This document shows, in pieces, positions 12,917 through 26,500 of a stretch of 64,000 nt of DNA. A model generated the notes under the pieces. It made no database searches. It worked only from the letters and a program-made list of their open reading frames with translations, and had not been told where the DNA came from. This DNA is from Nageia nagi. Taxonomy: Eukaryota > Plantae > Pinophyta. The stretch spans positions 115,568,001-115,632,000 of the forward strand of contig JBITNC010000001.1 in assembly GCA_050084985.1 (NCBI GenBank), written 5' to 3'. The position numbers and the translations under genes are program-made. Within the stretch, counting starts at the first letter, position 1, and the number at the start of each line of letters is the position of its first letter.

Positions 12917-15900
12917 ATGCCGCCTAGGAGACAAGGTAGAGGTGTCGGTAGGGGCGTCGGTAGAGGAGTCGGTAGGGGTATCGACAGAGGTGTAGCTGAT
13001 GCGTATGCCCATATGAATCGGTAGATAGAGGACCTACATGCCGAAGTTGCCCGATTGATCAGTGTAATTAATCACATGGGGGGGAGGATACCCCATGTGT
13101 GCCCGCATCCAGGATCTGATAGTGAGAGCCTGTTTGGGGAAGAGGACTCTGGCGTTGAGGAGGAAGGAGAACCGACACGTCCAGAAGAAGCTGAGCAAGG
13201 CTTTGAAAATCGATTAATCCAAGCCTTGGAGGGGCTAAAGGGAAATCAATATGGGATCAAGATTGAAGTTCCTGAGTATGCTGGTGGGTTGAAACCAGAG
13301 GAGTTGATTGACTGGGTTAATAGCCTAGAGAAGTATTTTGAATGGGGAAACCTTACAGAGGATAAGAAGGTGAAGCTTGCATGCACGAAGTTGAAGGGAC
13401 ATGCATTGATCTGGTGGGATCATTTACAAAAATCTCGACAACAGAAGGGAAAAGAGAAGATCAGAGCTTGGGCAAAGATGAAAAAAAATTAGAAGAAAAG
13501 TTTATTCCTATAGACTATTCCTAGACCTTATTTCGGAGGTTCCAGAACCTTCGACAGAGAGACCAAAGCATCGAAGATTACACCAATGAGTTCTATAAAT
13601 TATCCATTCGGGTAGAACATAAGGAGATAGACCAACAGAGAGCTGCAAGGTATGTGAATGGTCTAAGTTATTCTATTCAGGATGAGATAAGTATGCATCG
13701 CACTCTTACTGTAGAGGATGCATATCAAATGGCTTTGAAGGCTGAGGAGAAGCTTACGAGATGTAACAGAGGGGGAAAGAAAGGGTTAACACCTCTTCAA
13801 ATAGAGGGCGAGGTGGATCTAACTTCGCAAGGGGTGAATCTTCGATGATTGGGAAAAAGGAGGATCAGGCAGGATAGAGCCAAGACACCCCCAAAGAGGA
13901 AGAGGATATCCAAGAGGAAGAGGTAACGGTGGAAGAATAGGAAGTGGACTGGGGAAACCATTCATCTGTTACAGCTGTGGAGAAGAAGGGCATAAAGCAT
14001 CTGAATGTCCTCATTATGATGCAGAGGAGAGGGGTCAGCCAGGGTGCATTAGTTGAAGAAGAAGAAGAGGAAGAGATTGAGACTGAAGTTGCTGTAGACA
14101 CGGGTGAAACCTCATGATAAGAAGGACCCTTACTGTTCCTGAGAAAGTAAGCATGCAGGAAGGGGATAAGAAGGACTCTTGGTTGTGTAATAACATTTTC
14201 CGCACAAGATGCACTTCAGGAGGAAAGGTGTGTAACATGGTCATTGATGGAGGGAGTTGTGAAAATTTGGTCTCTGATGTCATGGTGGATAAGTTACAGT
14301 TAAAATGTGAGGCCCATCCAACCCCTTATCGTGTTTCCTGGATTAAGAAAAAGAATACAGTGACTGTTGATAAGAGGTGTTTAGTAAGCTTTTCCATTGG
14401 GAAGGCATACAAGGATATTGTATGGTGTGATGTGATTCCGATGGATGCATGTCATATTCTGTTAGGAAGGCCATGGCAGTATGATAGAGATTCAGAACAT
14501 AATGGGAAAAAAAATACTCACACATTCTGGAAGGATGGTGTAAAGATAGTTTTGGTACCCATGAAGGAGGAGGGGCCAAGTGAGAGCTTATTAGCAACAA
14601 AGGAGTTTCTTGTAGAAATTAAGGGTGCTAGCTTCTGTTATGCCTTAATAGCAAAAAAGAGTAGAAGAAGGGGAAGTAGTTATACCCACAGTAGTAGCTA
14701 AATTGCTACGAGAGTATGAGGATGTCACACCAGAGGAGTTGCCAGATGGGTTACCACCAAAGAGGGATATCCAACATCACATGGACCTGATCCAGGATCA
14801 GTTCTTCCGAATCAGGCTGCCTATCGATTGAATCCCACGCAGAATGCAGAGTTGAGTAGGCAAGTGACCAAGCTGATATAGAAGGGATTAATTCGGGAGA
14901 GTATGAGCCCATGTGCAACTCCAGCCTATTAACCCCAAAGAAAGATGGGTCATGGTGGATGTGTGTAGACAGTAGAGCCATCAACAAGATCACAATAAAG
15001 TATCGATACCCAATGCCAAGGGTTGATGACATGATGGATGAATTAGCTGGTGCTCAATACTTCAGTAAAATTAATTTGCGAAGTGGCTACTACCAGATCA
15101 GAATTTGAGAAGGTGATGAATTGAAGACAGCTTTTAAGACAAATGATGGATTGTACGAGTGGATGGTGATGCCCTTTGGGTTATCTAATGCACCTAGTAC
15201 ATTCATGCGATTGATGAATAGAGTTCTGCGAGAATATAATGGTAAGTTTGTAGTTGTATATTTTGATGATATTTTGATTTATAGCAAAGTGGAGGAAGAG
15301 CATTTGTTCCACTTAAGATTGGTCTTAGATGTGCTAGGAAGGAGAAATTGTATGTGAACCTGAAGAAATGTAGATTTCTTCAGAATAGTCTAGTATTTTT
15401 GGGATTTGTAATCTCAAGAGATGGCATGCGAATGGATGATGAGAAAGTGAGGGTACTTTTGGAATGGCCTACTCCATGAACTATGACAGAGGTGAGGAGC
15501 TTCCATGGGCTAGCTTCTTTTTATAGAAAGTTTATTAGGAACTTCAGTAGTATAGCTGCCCCAATAATTGAATGCACAAAGGGGAAGGATTTTGTATGGA
15601 CCAAGGTAGCAGGAGAGAGTTTTGAGATCCTGAAGAAGAAGGTGTCAGAAGCCCCTGTTCTAGTGTTACCAGATTTCAACAAGGTCTTTGAGGTTGATTG
15701 TGATGCATCTTTTGTTGGAATTGGAGGTGTGTTGAGTCAGGAGGGCAGACCCCTTGCATTCTTTAGTGAGAGCTGAATGATGCCCGAAAAAAACTATTCT
15801 ACATATGATGTGGAGTTTTATGCGATTGTGCAAGCACTGCAGCATTGGAGGCACTACTTAATTTCAAAGGAGTTTGTGTTGTTTACTGATCATGAAGCAT

Positions 15901-17588
15901 TGAGGTATGTTAACTCTCAGAAAATGTTGAATGGTAGACATGCAAAGTGGGTTTCTTTTCTGCAACAGTATACATTTGTTTTGAAGCACAAGTTTGGTAA
16001 GCAAAATAAGGTTGCTGATGCATTGAGTAGGAGAGTCTTATTACTGACCACTATGGAAAATCAGGTGGTGGGGTTTGAGCAAATCAAAGAGATGTACGAT
16101 TCTGATGTAGATTTTGAGAACATTGTGCAGCAATGTAAGAACCCAGTAGAGGGTGAGTCTCACACAAATTTTGATGAATATTTTCTTCAGAATGGTTACC
16201 TATTTAAAGGTAATCGATTGTGCATTCCCAATGGCTCTATGCAGGAGAACATCTTGCGGAATTGCATAGTGGAGGTCTGGCTGGTCATTTTGGAGTAGCC
16301 AAAACTATGACTCTTATAGCAGAGAAGTATTATTGGCCAAAGATGAAGAGATATGTGGTTCGATTTGTCTCTAGATGCAGGGTGTGCCAGACAGCTAAGG
16401 GCCATGCACAGAATACAGGGCTGTACATGCCACTCTGATTCCTACAGGCCCTTGGATCGATTTGAGCATGGATTTTGTGCTAGGGCTTCCCAAGACCCAA
16501 CGAGGTAAGGATTCCATTTTTGTTGTGGTGGATAGGTTTTTCAAAATGGCACATTTCCTTCCTTGTCTGAAAACTAATGATGCTACGAAGATTGCAGTCT
16601 TATTTTTTGATGAGGTTGTGCGGTTGCATGGTGTTCCTAAGACTATTACTTTGATCGAGATTCTAAGTTCTTGGGCCATTTTTGGAGGACATTATGGCAG
16701 AAGTTGAATACCAAACTACAGTTCAGTAGTGCCTATCATCCATAGATCGATGGCCAAACTGAGGTGGTAAACAGAAGCTTGGGAAATCTTTTACGATGCA
16801 TAGTTGGGGATAAGCCAAAGCAGTGGGATCTAGCCTTATCGCAAGCTGAATTTGCATATAATAGCTCTGTGAATCGGTCAACAGGTAAATCCCCTTTTCA
16901 AATAGTTTATGGTCAAAATCCTAGAGGTGTTTTGGATCTGGTTAAGCTACCAATGGGAGAACAAGTTAGTGATGAGGCAGAAGCCTTTGCTGAGCATATA
17001 CACGAAGTGCAAGAATCAGTGAAAGCCAAATTACAAAATAGTAATGCTCAGTATAAGACAACTGTTGATGCACATAGGAGGGTGAAAGTGTTTATAGAAG
17101 GTGATTTGGTCATGGTACATCTTTGAAAGGAAAGATTTCCTAAAGGGACATATAACAAACTGAAGCTTAAGAAGATTGGGCCCTGCAAGATTCTGAAGAA
17201 AATCAATGATAATGCTTATAGAGTTGAATTGCCTGATGATTTTGATATCTCCCCAGTTTTTAATGTTTCTGATTTATTTCAGTATTTTGGTAATCTGGAG
17301 GATGATGGCTTACAAGATACAGTGGATTGGGTTCAACAGATTCCCAATAAAAAAAAAGATTGCGTAGCCGTATACTTGATAAGAGGGTTACCACTACACG
17401 GCATGGGAACTACAACAGATATTTGGTTCAATGGGAGGGACTACCACAATCATCTAATACTTGGGTTTCAGAGTCAGAGTTACAGAAGATTGATAACCAA
17501 AAGCTTCAGGAATTTCAATCAGTTGAACTCGCAGGAGCTGAGTTCTTTTTCACCAGAGGAGAATGATGCATGCGTTGCGGGGCCGTAA
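12917..17588 (+). pseudogene. gag-pol polyprotein of the CRM-like element, broken by frameshifts and stops
   Basis: ATG at 12917 (MPPRRQGRGVGRGV..) is in frame with gag ORF 13055. Protease 14114-14701; RT with [10 protein letters not shown] 15121-15357; RNase H 15483-16298; integrase 16220-17126; chromodomain [15 protein letters not shown] 17360-17566; terminal SSFSPEEND crosses the PPT into the 3' LTR. Confidence 0.93.
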
Positions 17589-18047
17589 CTTTTGATCCGG
17601 ATGTCGTTTTGCTCCAAATTTTTAACCGTAGCCTCCTGAAGATTTTCTGAATATGGCAGTTCACTAGAACTACCATACCCAAAAAATGATATTTTTAAGA
17701 CCTAATTCATCCATCTAAGGTCCTAAAAATAGGCTTTTTTAAGAGCACTTCCGATTTTTAGGCTTTTTTGCATGTTGCGACTTTAATAACTCTTGTTTTT
17801 CTTTTAGTTAAGGGCTGGTATTTTAGATAATGCTTAATTCGTGTAAGAGGGATGCGCATGCAAATTTTGGGCACAATCTGACTCATTTTGATTTTTTAGC
17901 CTTTTTGTTGCTATTTAAAAAGGATTGTATTCTCTTGGAGAAGGTGGTGGATTCAGGAATAAGAAGAGTATTTGGTCCAGATTTCTTCTGTATATTCTGT
18001 GATTGGATTTCAATTTCTATTTTCCTTTTACAGCTGAATTCACATCA
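17564..18047 (+). repeat. 3' LTR of the CRM-like element
   Basis: TGATG...CATCA, followed by TSD AAAGG. Confidence 0.97.
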
Positions 18048-19182
18048 AAAGGTGAAGGTGGAATATCAACATCTAGGTGGATATTTGTATCTACATGACA
18101 TCCCTACATACATATGGTAAGTAAATTTGATGGACTAACTTATTTGTTTTTCAAAAGTAAGTTCCTTCATGACTCAATTTTTGTAGTGATTCATAAATTG
18201 ACCAAGGTAGCACATTTTATACCTAAAAACACTACTGAAAATGCCCCTATAGTGGAAAATAAGTTTTCGCATGAAATCTTCAATTTTCATGGATTTGTTA
18301 AGGAGATAATCTTAGATAGGGATTCAAAGTTCACCTTCATCTTTAGAAAATCATTACATGAGGCATTGGGAACAAAATTGAATATGAGTTCAGTATATCA
18401 CTAGAAATAGATGGGGAGATTGAATGAGTGAGTAGATTTGTTTAGGATATGCTCATAATGGGAATACTACCTCTATTTAGTCAAATTTGCCTATAATAAT
18501 GGATACCATTAATCCATATGAATGGTCGCTTTCAAGGCTCTTTACGGAAGGAGATGCAAAACTCATTTATCTTGGGACAATTGGGAGGATTGGATGATGA
18601 TCCAACTGGAAATGTTAAAATAAATGAAAGAGCTACTTAATCCAATCCGATGAAAGCTCAAGGAAGTTATCGATTGAAAAAGAGTTATGTTGATCTTAAG
18701 AGAACTCCTCAAGAATTTTTTATGGTTGAAAAAGTATTTTTATGAGTTTAACCCCTAAAAATTGCCATAAAATCTAACAAATTGGATCCCAAGTTTGTTG
18801 TTCCTTTTGTAATAGTTGAGAAGAAGAGTCTAGTTACCTACAAACTTTCTTTGCCACCAAGTTTGTCAAAAATAGATGATGCCTTCATGTCTCTCTTTTA
18901 AGAAAATATGTTGCTAACACATCTCGTGTGTCAGATTTTTTATTTGTAAATGTCAAACCCTCATGTTGTTGAAGTTCTCCTTATTAGGATACTAGCTTTT
19001 AGAATTAGGAAATTAAGAAGTCGAGAGAATGAATTTCTAGTCCAATGGGACAAGTATTATGAATCATCTTCTTCTTGGGAAGATGAATCTACTGTGAGAA
19101 AATAATTATGTAAAATATTATCAAAAATTTATGATTTGTATGGAAGACATAGGGGACTATTTTCCTTTTAAGGGGGGTAGTA

Positions 19183-22015
19183 TGTAACAACCCATCCAAT
19201 TACACTTATTAAGACTCAAATATCATCAAGAATTCAAATGTGATTAAGATTTCATTATGTTATGAGATGAGTAATTTTTAGTGGATATATGCAATATTTG
19301 TGTCAATTTGATGCTACCTTTGAGATTTTATGACATAGCTTATAGGTTAACTCAAGATGAAGAGTTAGGTTAAAGACCAACGACCAAGGGTGAGTTGGTT
19401 ATAGGAATGGATTGATAAGAGTGAGGAAATGATTGGCGTTAATTTGCTAATAGCTAATAAGACCTTCATAGATTATATAGATGCATAACATACATATCAT
19501 AATTGTGGTGTATAATACTTGATTTTGATGATACTTTTGTATGTGTGCATGTGCAATAATAAATCTACCTTGCATTATGAGTGGTCTCTGTAGGTAAAGA
19601 TGTGCATAAAAATAAGACATACATTTTAATATTTGAATTAGAAATAAATTAACTATTTGCAAAGAATATTCCAATTATTGAATTCAAATTTTAACCAAGG
19701 AATATTGGTGAAATTACTAAAACTTAAAAATTAGGGGTTAAAATATTTATTTATCTTTTATTGATGGTTGCATGGTTATTTTGGCACATTGCAAAGATAA
19801 TTGAGTTATCTCCCCCACACAAATTGTTTTCTTTTGTTAAGTGTAAAATGATTGATAATTTTTTTTTTTATTTCTTTATGGAAGGTGTGTAATTATTTTG
19901 GATGATATAGGGATATGGCCAAAACCCTCTCAAAAAAAATAATCCTGCACCTCACATGCAAAGTAGATGCATCGAACAAATAGTATTTGTTTTTTATGGA
20001 TCCTACTACCCTTAGACTATAAATATCTAAATGGGTGACCATTGAAAATACACTTCACACTTCTCTTTTATCTCAAATTGATCTAGGAGGACATGAAGAT
20101 AGGAATCTTCTGTTTTCAAGTTTAGATTCCCTCCTAACATTTTAGATACTAATGTTAGAATGATAGACAAGTATTTGAATTTTAGTTAATAGTTTTTATA
20201 GTATATGTGAATATTTGTCATAGTATTATTGAAGAATTTGGTTCTTAATGGCTTTACATTAGTTGTGTTTTGAAAATCATATCAAATGTTTCTTTGCATG
20301 TGATTATTGGTACACTTTGTCTATTTGTAATTGAATAAGAGTAAATTCTTTATTTTAAACTAAGTATTGCGTGTATATGGGAAGTCACGAGTCTTGCATT
20401 ATGTGATAGACCAAATAAAAAATAAATAAAGAAAAAGGGAATATACATGACTAGTCTATGACTTCATGTGCGCTACGTCGTATGGCCTTTTTGCTCCACT
20501 CATTGACCCTTTTTGAATAACCAGAAATCAATGCAATGGATAGTAGATTTTAATGTTACATACTTTTCGCCTATTCTGAATTTGAAGTAGTGTTTCAGTA
20601 GGCATTTTATTTGAGATCAAGGAAATGCCTTTGATAAGGTATTTCAAGTAAATTGTATAGGTGCATACTCTTCTAAAATAGCATTTCAGTAGGCAACCTT
20701 TCTAGCATGCCTTTCTGTGTTTATACTTCGCCCGTTGGATCCATAAATACACATTCGATGAGGTAATTTGCTCACACATGCCGTGTACCTATTCTGGGCC
20801 TATCACTTATCGAATTATACGATATTTGAGACTCCATTTCAGTAAGAAGTCTGTCAACCATTCGCCTTGTGTCTACGACCAATGAGTATACGCAATAAAG
20901 CCTTTTTCAAAAATAATTCATGGACCCTTATAATGTATCCATTTTGTGCATACCCAGGCGATCCGTAGGCCTAACCAATAGAGTTGTATATGAGAGAGGT
21001 GGCATTCTTCACAAGCTTCCTTCACTTATTTATCGGATCGTATTGATCTCTACGAGACCTTAGGAAATATTTTGAAGTGGCATTTTATTAAAAATATTAC
21101 GGTTCTACTCAACGTATCCAGAATCGTTTTTGAAGTCATAATTCACATAGCGCTCTCAACACATCTATTTTTGAATAAATCATATATTCATTGCAGAGCA
21201 ATGAGGTGTATGCTTAAGCTATACAAAAATCATATGACTACTCTATGTATTTCCTACGATTTTGAAAGTAGATAGATAAGGCATTCGCAAGCTAGCGCCT
21301 AACATAGGGCTACGTTATGAGACATTTTTCCTATAAATCTCCAGCATTCGAATAACATCCATTAGAGGATACCCAAAACCATTTCATTGGAATCAATGGG
21401 ACTCCATAAATCACAAAGCCTCCCACTAAAAATATGAGTTTACAATGAATAGAATAAAGTGAATTTTAATTAAGTATTATGAATTACTTTTGAGATTAAT
21501 TATTGCTGACTATGATTGAAGCAAGGGTGTAATAGTTTCTACTATTTGATGGAAAATATATTAAATTATATGATTTTTTTTTACGAGGAGTACAATTGAC
21601 ATGTTAACCTAAAATTGAGGAAGGGAGGTCATTCTAGAGGAACATAAAACCTCTTGAAATCTTTAAAAAAGGGAATTTGATCTTGTTGAAATGGATTATG
21701 ATGCATTTAGAGTGAGAAGTATTTTGGTCAAAGGATGTCATGATTCTCAATACTAACAAGCCATTCCTAGTACTGAATATCAATGAACCTTGGATCCTTG
21801 GAAGATTTTGAGAGATAAAGATGGCAAGGAGTTACAATGAAGATGTAAGGGTTCCACTTCTCATAATGTATAAATTAGGGTTACCCTACATTTTGTAAGA
21901 TTTGAACCTTCATGTATGAAATAGGATTGTGATGAATCTATTTATATCCATAAAGAAAGCCTATGGATGATATGTAAACCTAGTGATCTTAAATGTGTAT
22001 TTGATGTATCGCTTT

Positions 22016-22057
<42 letters not shown>

Positions 22058-23504
22058 ATATATATTTGGAATGAAACATTAGAATTTGAATCGAAGAAAG
22101 GCTTGTCATATGATTTAAGTAATTCAAGGAAGAATTGCTATGCTCATAAAGAATGACTATCATAATAAGGTATGAAATAAAATAATAGCTATGAATGTAA
22201 TTACGAATAAAATTCTAATATCATTAGACAAAATTCTAAGCTATGAATGTACCTCATATTATATATATCGACTCAATAAGGAGAAAGGATATCTAATATG
22301 AAGATGGATAATAAATAGGATAACATAATGAGTACTTAAACACTTGTAAATGGATCAAGTAGGATAGCCTAGTGTCGATATGATATGATTTAGAAAAACT
22401 ATAGATAAAGAATGGAAAGAGATATATGCTTGATAACCCATATTAAGTGTCACATACTAGTAGGATGATGGTATAAAACTTATGAATTGCTTGGATATCA
22501 TAATCTAGCAAATATGTTGTTAATAATAATCACATCAAGGCATTATAAAATAATATTAATATGTCCATAACCCCATAAAATGAATAATTATCTCGAAGAA
22601 TATTACTTGGCTTGAATAATGAGGTTTGAATGTAAACATTAAGGATGACCTAGATTAGGTGATAAACCCTAGAAAGGTAACATCTTAATACTTGATACAA
22701 GTATAAGACCTATAAACCCTAATAACTGATTCAAGATCAATTATTTCTAGGATTAATAAGACATGGGGTGGTCTTATTTTATAACCTTGCTTGTAACTTA
22801 TTAGAATATGGAAATGACTTGAGGGTATTTTCCCAATACCCATGGGTCCCCATGATATAGACATGGGAATGCCAGATTCCATGGTTAGCCTAGTTGATAG
22901 ATATGAGAAGGCTAGTGTCTCAAATCCTTGATAGTATGTCAAATGAAGAGAGCAATTGATAAAATTATTGTTACCATATGAGGGTAATTAGTTATCGTAC
23001 TACTTGTTGTAGAAAATAGGAGTATGATTACTATTCCATAGGTGATGATGCTTACCTACTCATAAGGAAGTTTTCCTAAGATAATCTATCTACTCTAATA
23101 AATCAAAGGATTATCATCAAAAGAAGATGCATAATGTAGTGGATATGAGTTCTCTTAGGTGATATGGACCCCAAGCATAAACGTATTAGGTCATGATTAG
23201 AATGTCTATTGCACAGTTCATGAGAAGACATGGTGGGGTCACTTATGAGACATCTCCCAATGGGATGAGTGTTGTGGGGTGAACACCAAAAGGAATTTGT
23301 TTATGGTTAAATAATCTAGATTTGGCCAATCTTGCAGTGTGATTGCTAACTAGCTAGAAGCATTGATATGCTCATATGGATCAACTTGTCCATTTCAAGA
23401 TTATTCAAGTGATTAAACTAATAAAAAAATAGGTCTAAAATTTTAGGGTTTGTGATGTTAGTAAAAGGTGAAAATGTTATCATGAAATAGGTTGTAGCAC
23501 TATA
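19183..23504 (+). repeat. Shared LTR 2 (~4.3 kb) between units 2 and 3
   Basis: PPT AAGGGGGGTAGTA then TGTAAC; ends CACTATA before the PBS at 23506. Has a ~400-bp deletion at ~22680 relative to LTR 1 and LTR 3. Confidence 0.9.
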
Positions 23505-26500
23505 GTGGTATCAAAGCATCAAGTTCAAACTCTCGGGCCTATGGTCTATGACTCTTTTGCTATAAGATTTTAGGAAGTCAAAATAAGTATGCTTGAGCTC
23601 CATCCACTTTACAACGACATGCCAAAAATGGCCTTCCTTTTAATGCTAATGCAAAGGAAAATTAAAGGAATGTTAAGGGTCAAAATACAAGAAATAAAAT
23701 AATGAGAAATGCTAATAGAAGGATTCCTAATAGTGAAAATGAGAGTTCCATAAGCTAGCCCATACAAAATAATGAAGGAGAAGAAGCCATTAGAAGGTTA
23801 CAAGAGTAGGTGGTGGAACAACAAGAAATTATAAATAACCTATTGAATCAATGGGCTAAACTTCAAAGAGAAAAATCTATTCTAGAACAAGTAAGGCCTG
23901 AAGGGAAAAATGACCAAATTCAAGTAAGAATTAAGCAAGAACTTTCATCAAACTTGAAGAAAGCCTAGTTTTCAAAGTTTAATGATAAATAAGAGGGTGA
24001 GCAAGCTAAAATATGATTTGAATAAGTAGAGACATATTTTTCAATGAAGAATGTGTCTCTAGAAACCAAAATTGTATCGGCTACCTACAACTTTCAAGAT
24101 ATTACATTAGAGTGGTGGAATGCTTACAAGATTGAGAATGGGATCCAGTACCTGAAATGGTAAGAATTTATTATAGTAGTTCATAAAATATTCACTTTCC
24201 AAATCTATTATGATACAAAGTATGAAGAATACTATACCTTGCAACAATCATCTATGAGTGTCCAAAGTTTTAATTAAAAATTTGTCAAGTTACTAAAATA
24301 TGTCCTTGAAGAAAAAATCATATGAAGGTTCATAAGTTTCTTATTAGGTTATATCCTATTATTAAGATTATGGTGAACATTTTGAACCTTGAAATGCTTG
24401 AAAAAACTTATAAACTCATAAAAAGGGAAAAAAATAATCTGGGTATCAAGAAGACCTTTGTAAATTATAGTCTTCTAAATGAAAAAGATAAGGAAATCTA
24501 TTGGAAGAGTAAAAATGTGGAGCATCAAGAATAATAGATAAGAAATAAGAATATCAAGGAAAATAACCATGGATATAAGGATATTAACCCACCCAAATTT
24601 GGTAAAGGGCCATTTGGAAACAAGGGTATAAGAAGAAGATTTTTCTGAGGAAAACTCAATCATTCCACAAGCAAAAGTTTAACCTCGAGAATGGAAGCTA
24701 AGTTTCAAGTAACCATAGTCAAGGATTCATAGACCAAAGAGTCAATCAAAATGCATATAAGGGAAACTTTTTAGAATAGAAGAAGGGTCCTAGAGATGGA
24801 TGTTGGAATTGTGGTGGAGTTCACTATGCCAATTATTATCCCTAAGAGATATACTAGTCCAAAGAGCATCAATTATTTGTAGCTATAGGATCAGCATAGA
24901 CCTGAGGACAAGCCATAGCTCTTCAAATCCCTAGTAACATTTATGATAAATATTGTAGGGTTTTGATAGATAATTATGCTACAAATAGTTTTATTTCAAA
25001 TTACTTAGTTAAAGACATGTTAAAAGTAATATAATTTTTACAAATGGATAGTAAATGGAGTTTGAATTTGGAAAGAAATACCCTATTAGATGATGCTTTA
25101 TAGATGTTGAAATAGAATTACCAAAGGTATCTATTGTTTGGGATTTGTATGTGTTTGCCTTAGCCTCTTACAATATAATTATAGGAATGGATTGGTTAAT
25201 GGCACACAAAGCTCCAATTGAATTTTAAGATAGATTGATAGAATACACAAATGCATATCAAAACCAATATAGGTTGTACAATTATCAAGGGCCTTTTGAG
25301 CCTTACTTGATCAGAGCCATTAAAGTTAAAAGAAGCATAAGAAAAGGAGAGATGATTTATGTAGTCAAGGTTAAGGAATTTGAGCAAGAGGGTAAGAAGA
25401 TAGAACTACTAAATAGGTACCCTATTCTAAAAGAATACAAATATGTATTCCTTAAATATCTACTAGGATTACCCCCAAAATGAGACTTTGATTTCTTAAT
25501 AGATTTAATGCTTCGAGTAGAGCCTATTTTTAGAACTCCATATATAATGATTACTATTGAGATGCAAGAGTTGAAGGTAGGAATGCAAGATTTGTTAGAA
25601 AAAAGGTTGATAAAACCTAGTGTATCACCATGGGCTGCTCCTATGCTATTTGTGAAAATTAAATACTATACTCTAAGGTTGTGTATCAATTATCAGATAA
25701 TAAACAAGATCACCATAAAAAATAGATATCCTTTACTTAGAATTGATGATTTATTTGACCAACTCAAGGATGCTGCTATCTTCTCAAAGATAAATTTGAT
25801 ATCGAGATACCAAAAATTAAGATTTCAAGGATCAAATACTCATAAAATAGCTTTTAAAAATAGGTATGAATATTATGAGTTTGTTGTATTACCTTTTGGG
25901 TTAATGAATGATCTTCTAGAATTCATGAACTTAATGAATAGTGTTTATTAGGAGTACTTAGATAAGTTTGTTCTAGATTTTTGAATGACATCCTCATATA
26001 TTCAAGAAATGATAAGGATCATAATCATGATCTGAGATTGGCTCTAGAAGTGTTGAGAAAAAATCAGTTATATCAAAAATTATTAAAATGTGACTTTTAT
26101 GTTTTCCAAATTCAATATCTAAGCCATATCATCTTTGCAAAAGTAATCTCAACTGATCCAAAGAAAGTGAAAGCAATAATAAGTTGGCCTATGCCAACAT
26201 TTTTGAATTAAGTAAAGATTTTTATGGGATTAGCATGATATTATCATAGATTTATAAAGAAATTAAAAATAGCCAATCCCATCACTAGTCTTTAGAAAAA
26301 GAATAAGATATTCAAATAGATAGAAAAATGTAAAAAAACTTTTGTGACCTTGAAGGAAAAGCTTACCATAGGACTAGTTCTCACTATCTATGATCCACAT
26401 GATGATTTTGCAGTATGTATAGATGCTTCACTAGAAGGTTTTAGTTGTATGTTATCATAGAATATAAACCTAGTAGCATTTAAATCTAAGAAACTAAGAA

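Larger units (their letters stand above)
12409..18047 (+). mobile_element. Complete nested Ty3/gypsy chromovirus, CRM-clade-like, carrying a chromodomain
   Basis: 484-bp LTRs with TGATG...CATCA ends; 5-bp TSD AAAGG (12404-12408 and 18048-18052); PBS TGGTATCGGAGCC at 12895; PPT AGAGGAGAA at 17555-17563; CRM-type protease context RTRCTSGGKVCNMVIDGGSCENLVS. Confidence 0.97.
9192..19182 (+). mobile_element. Tekay-like internal region, array unit 2; interrupted by the CRM element; RT core deleted
   Basis: Colinear with units 1 and 3. ORF pieces at 10953-11231, 12138-12332 and 18114-18404. The integrase zinc-finger region (..ECQK|VKVE) is split at 12408/18053. About 374 bp of RT are missing at ~11583. 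Confidence 0.93.

Noticed and set aside
12675-18120. Twin ORFs MLNSCKRDAHANFG.. at 12675 and 17830
   Set aside because: They are the same LTR sequence read twice, not genes.
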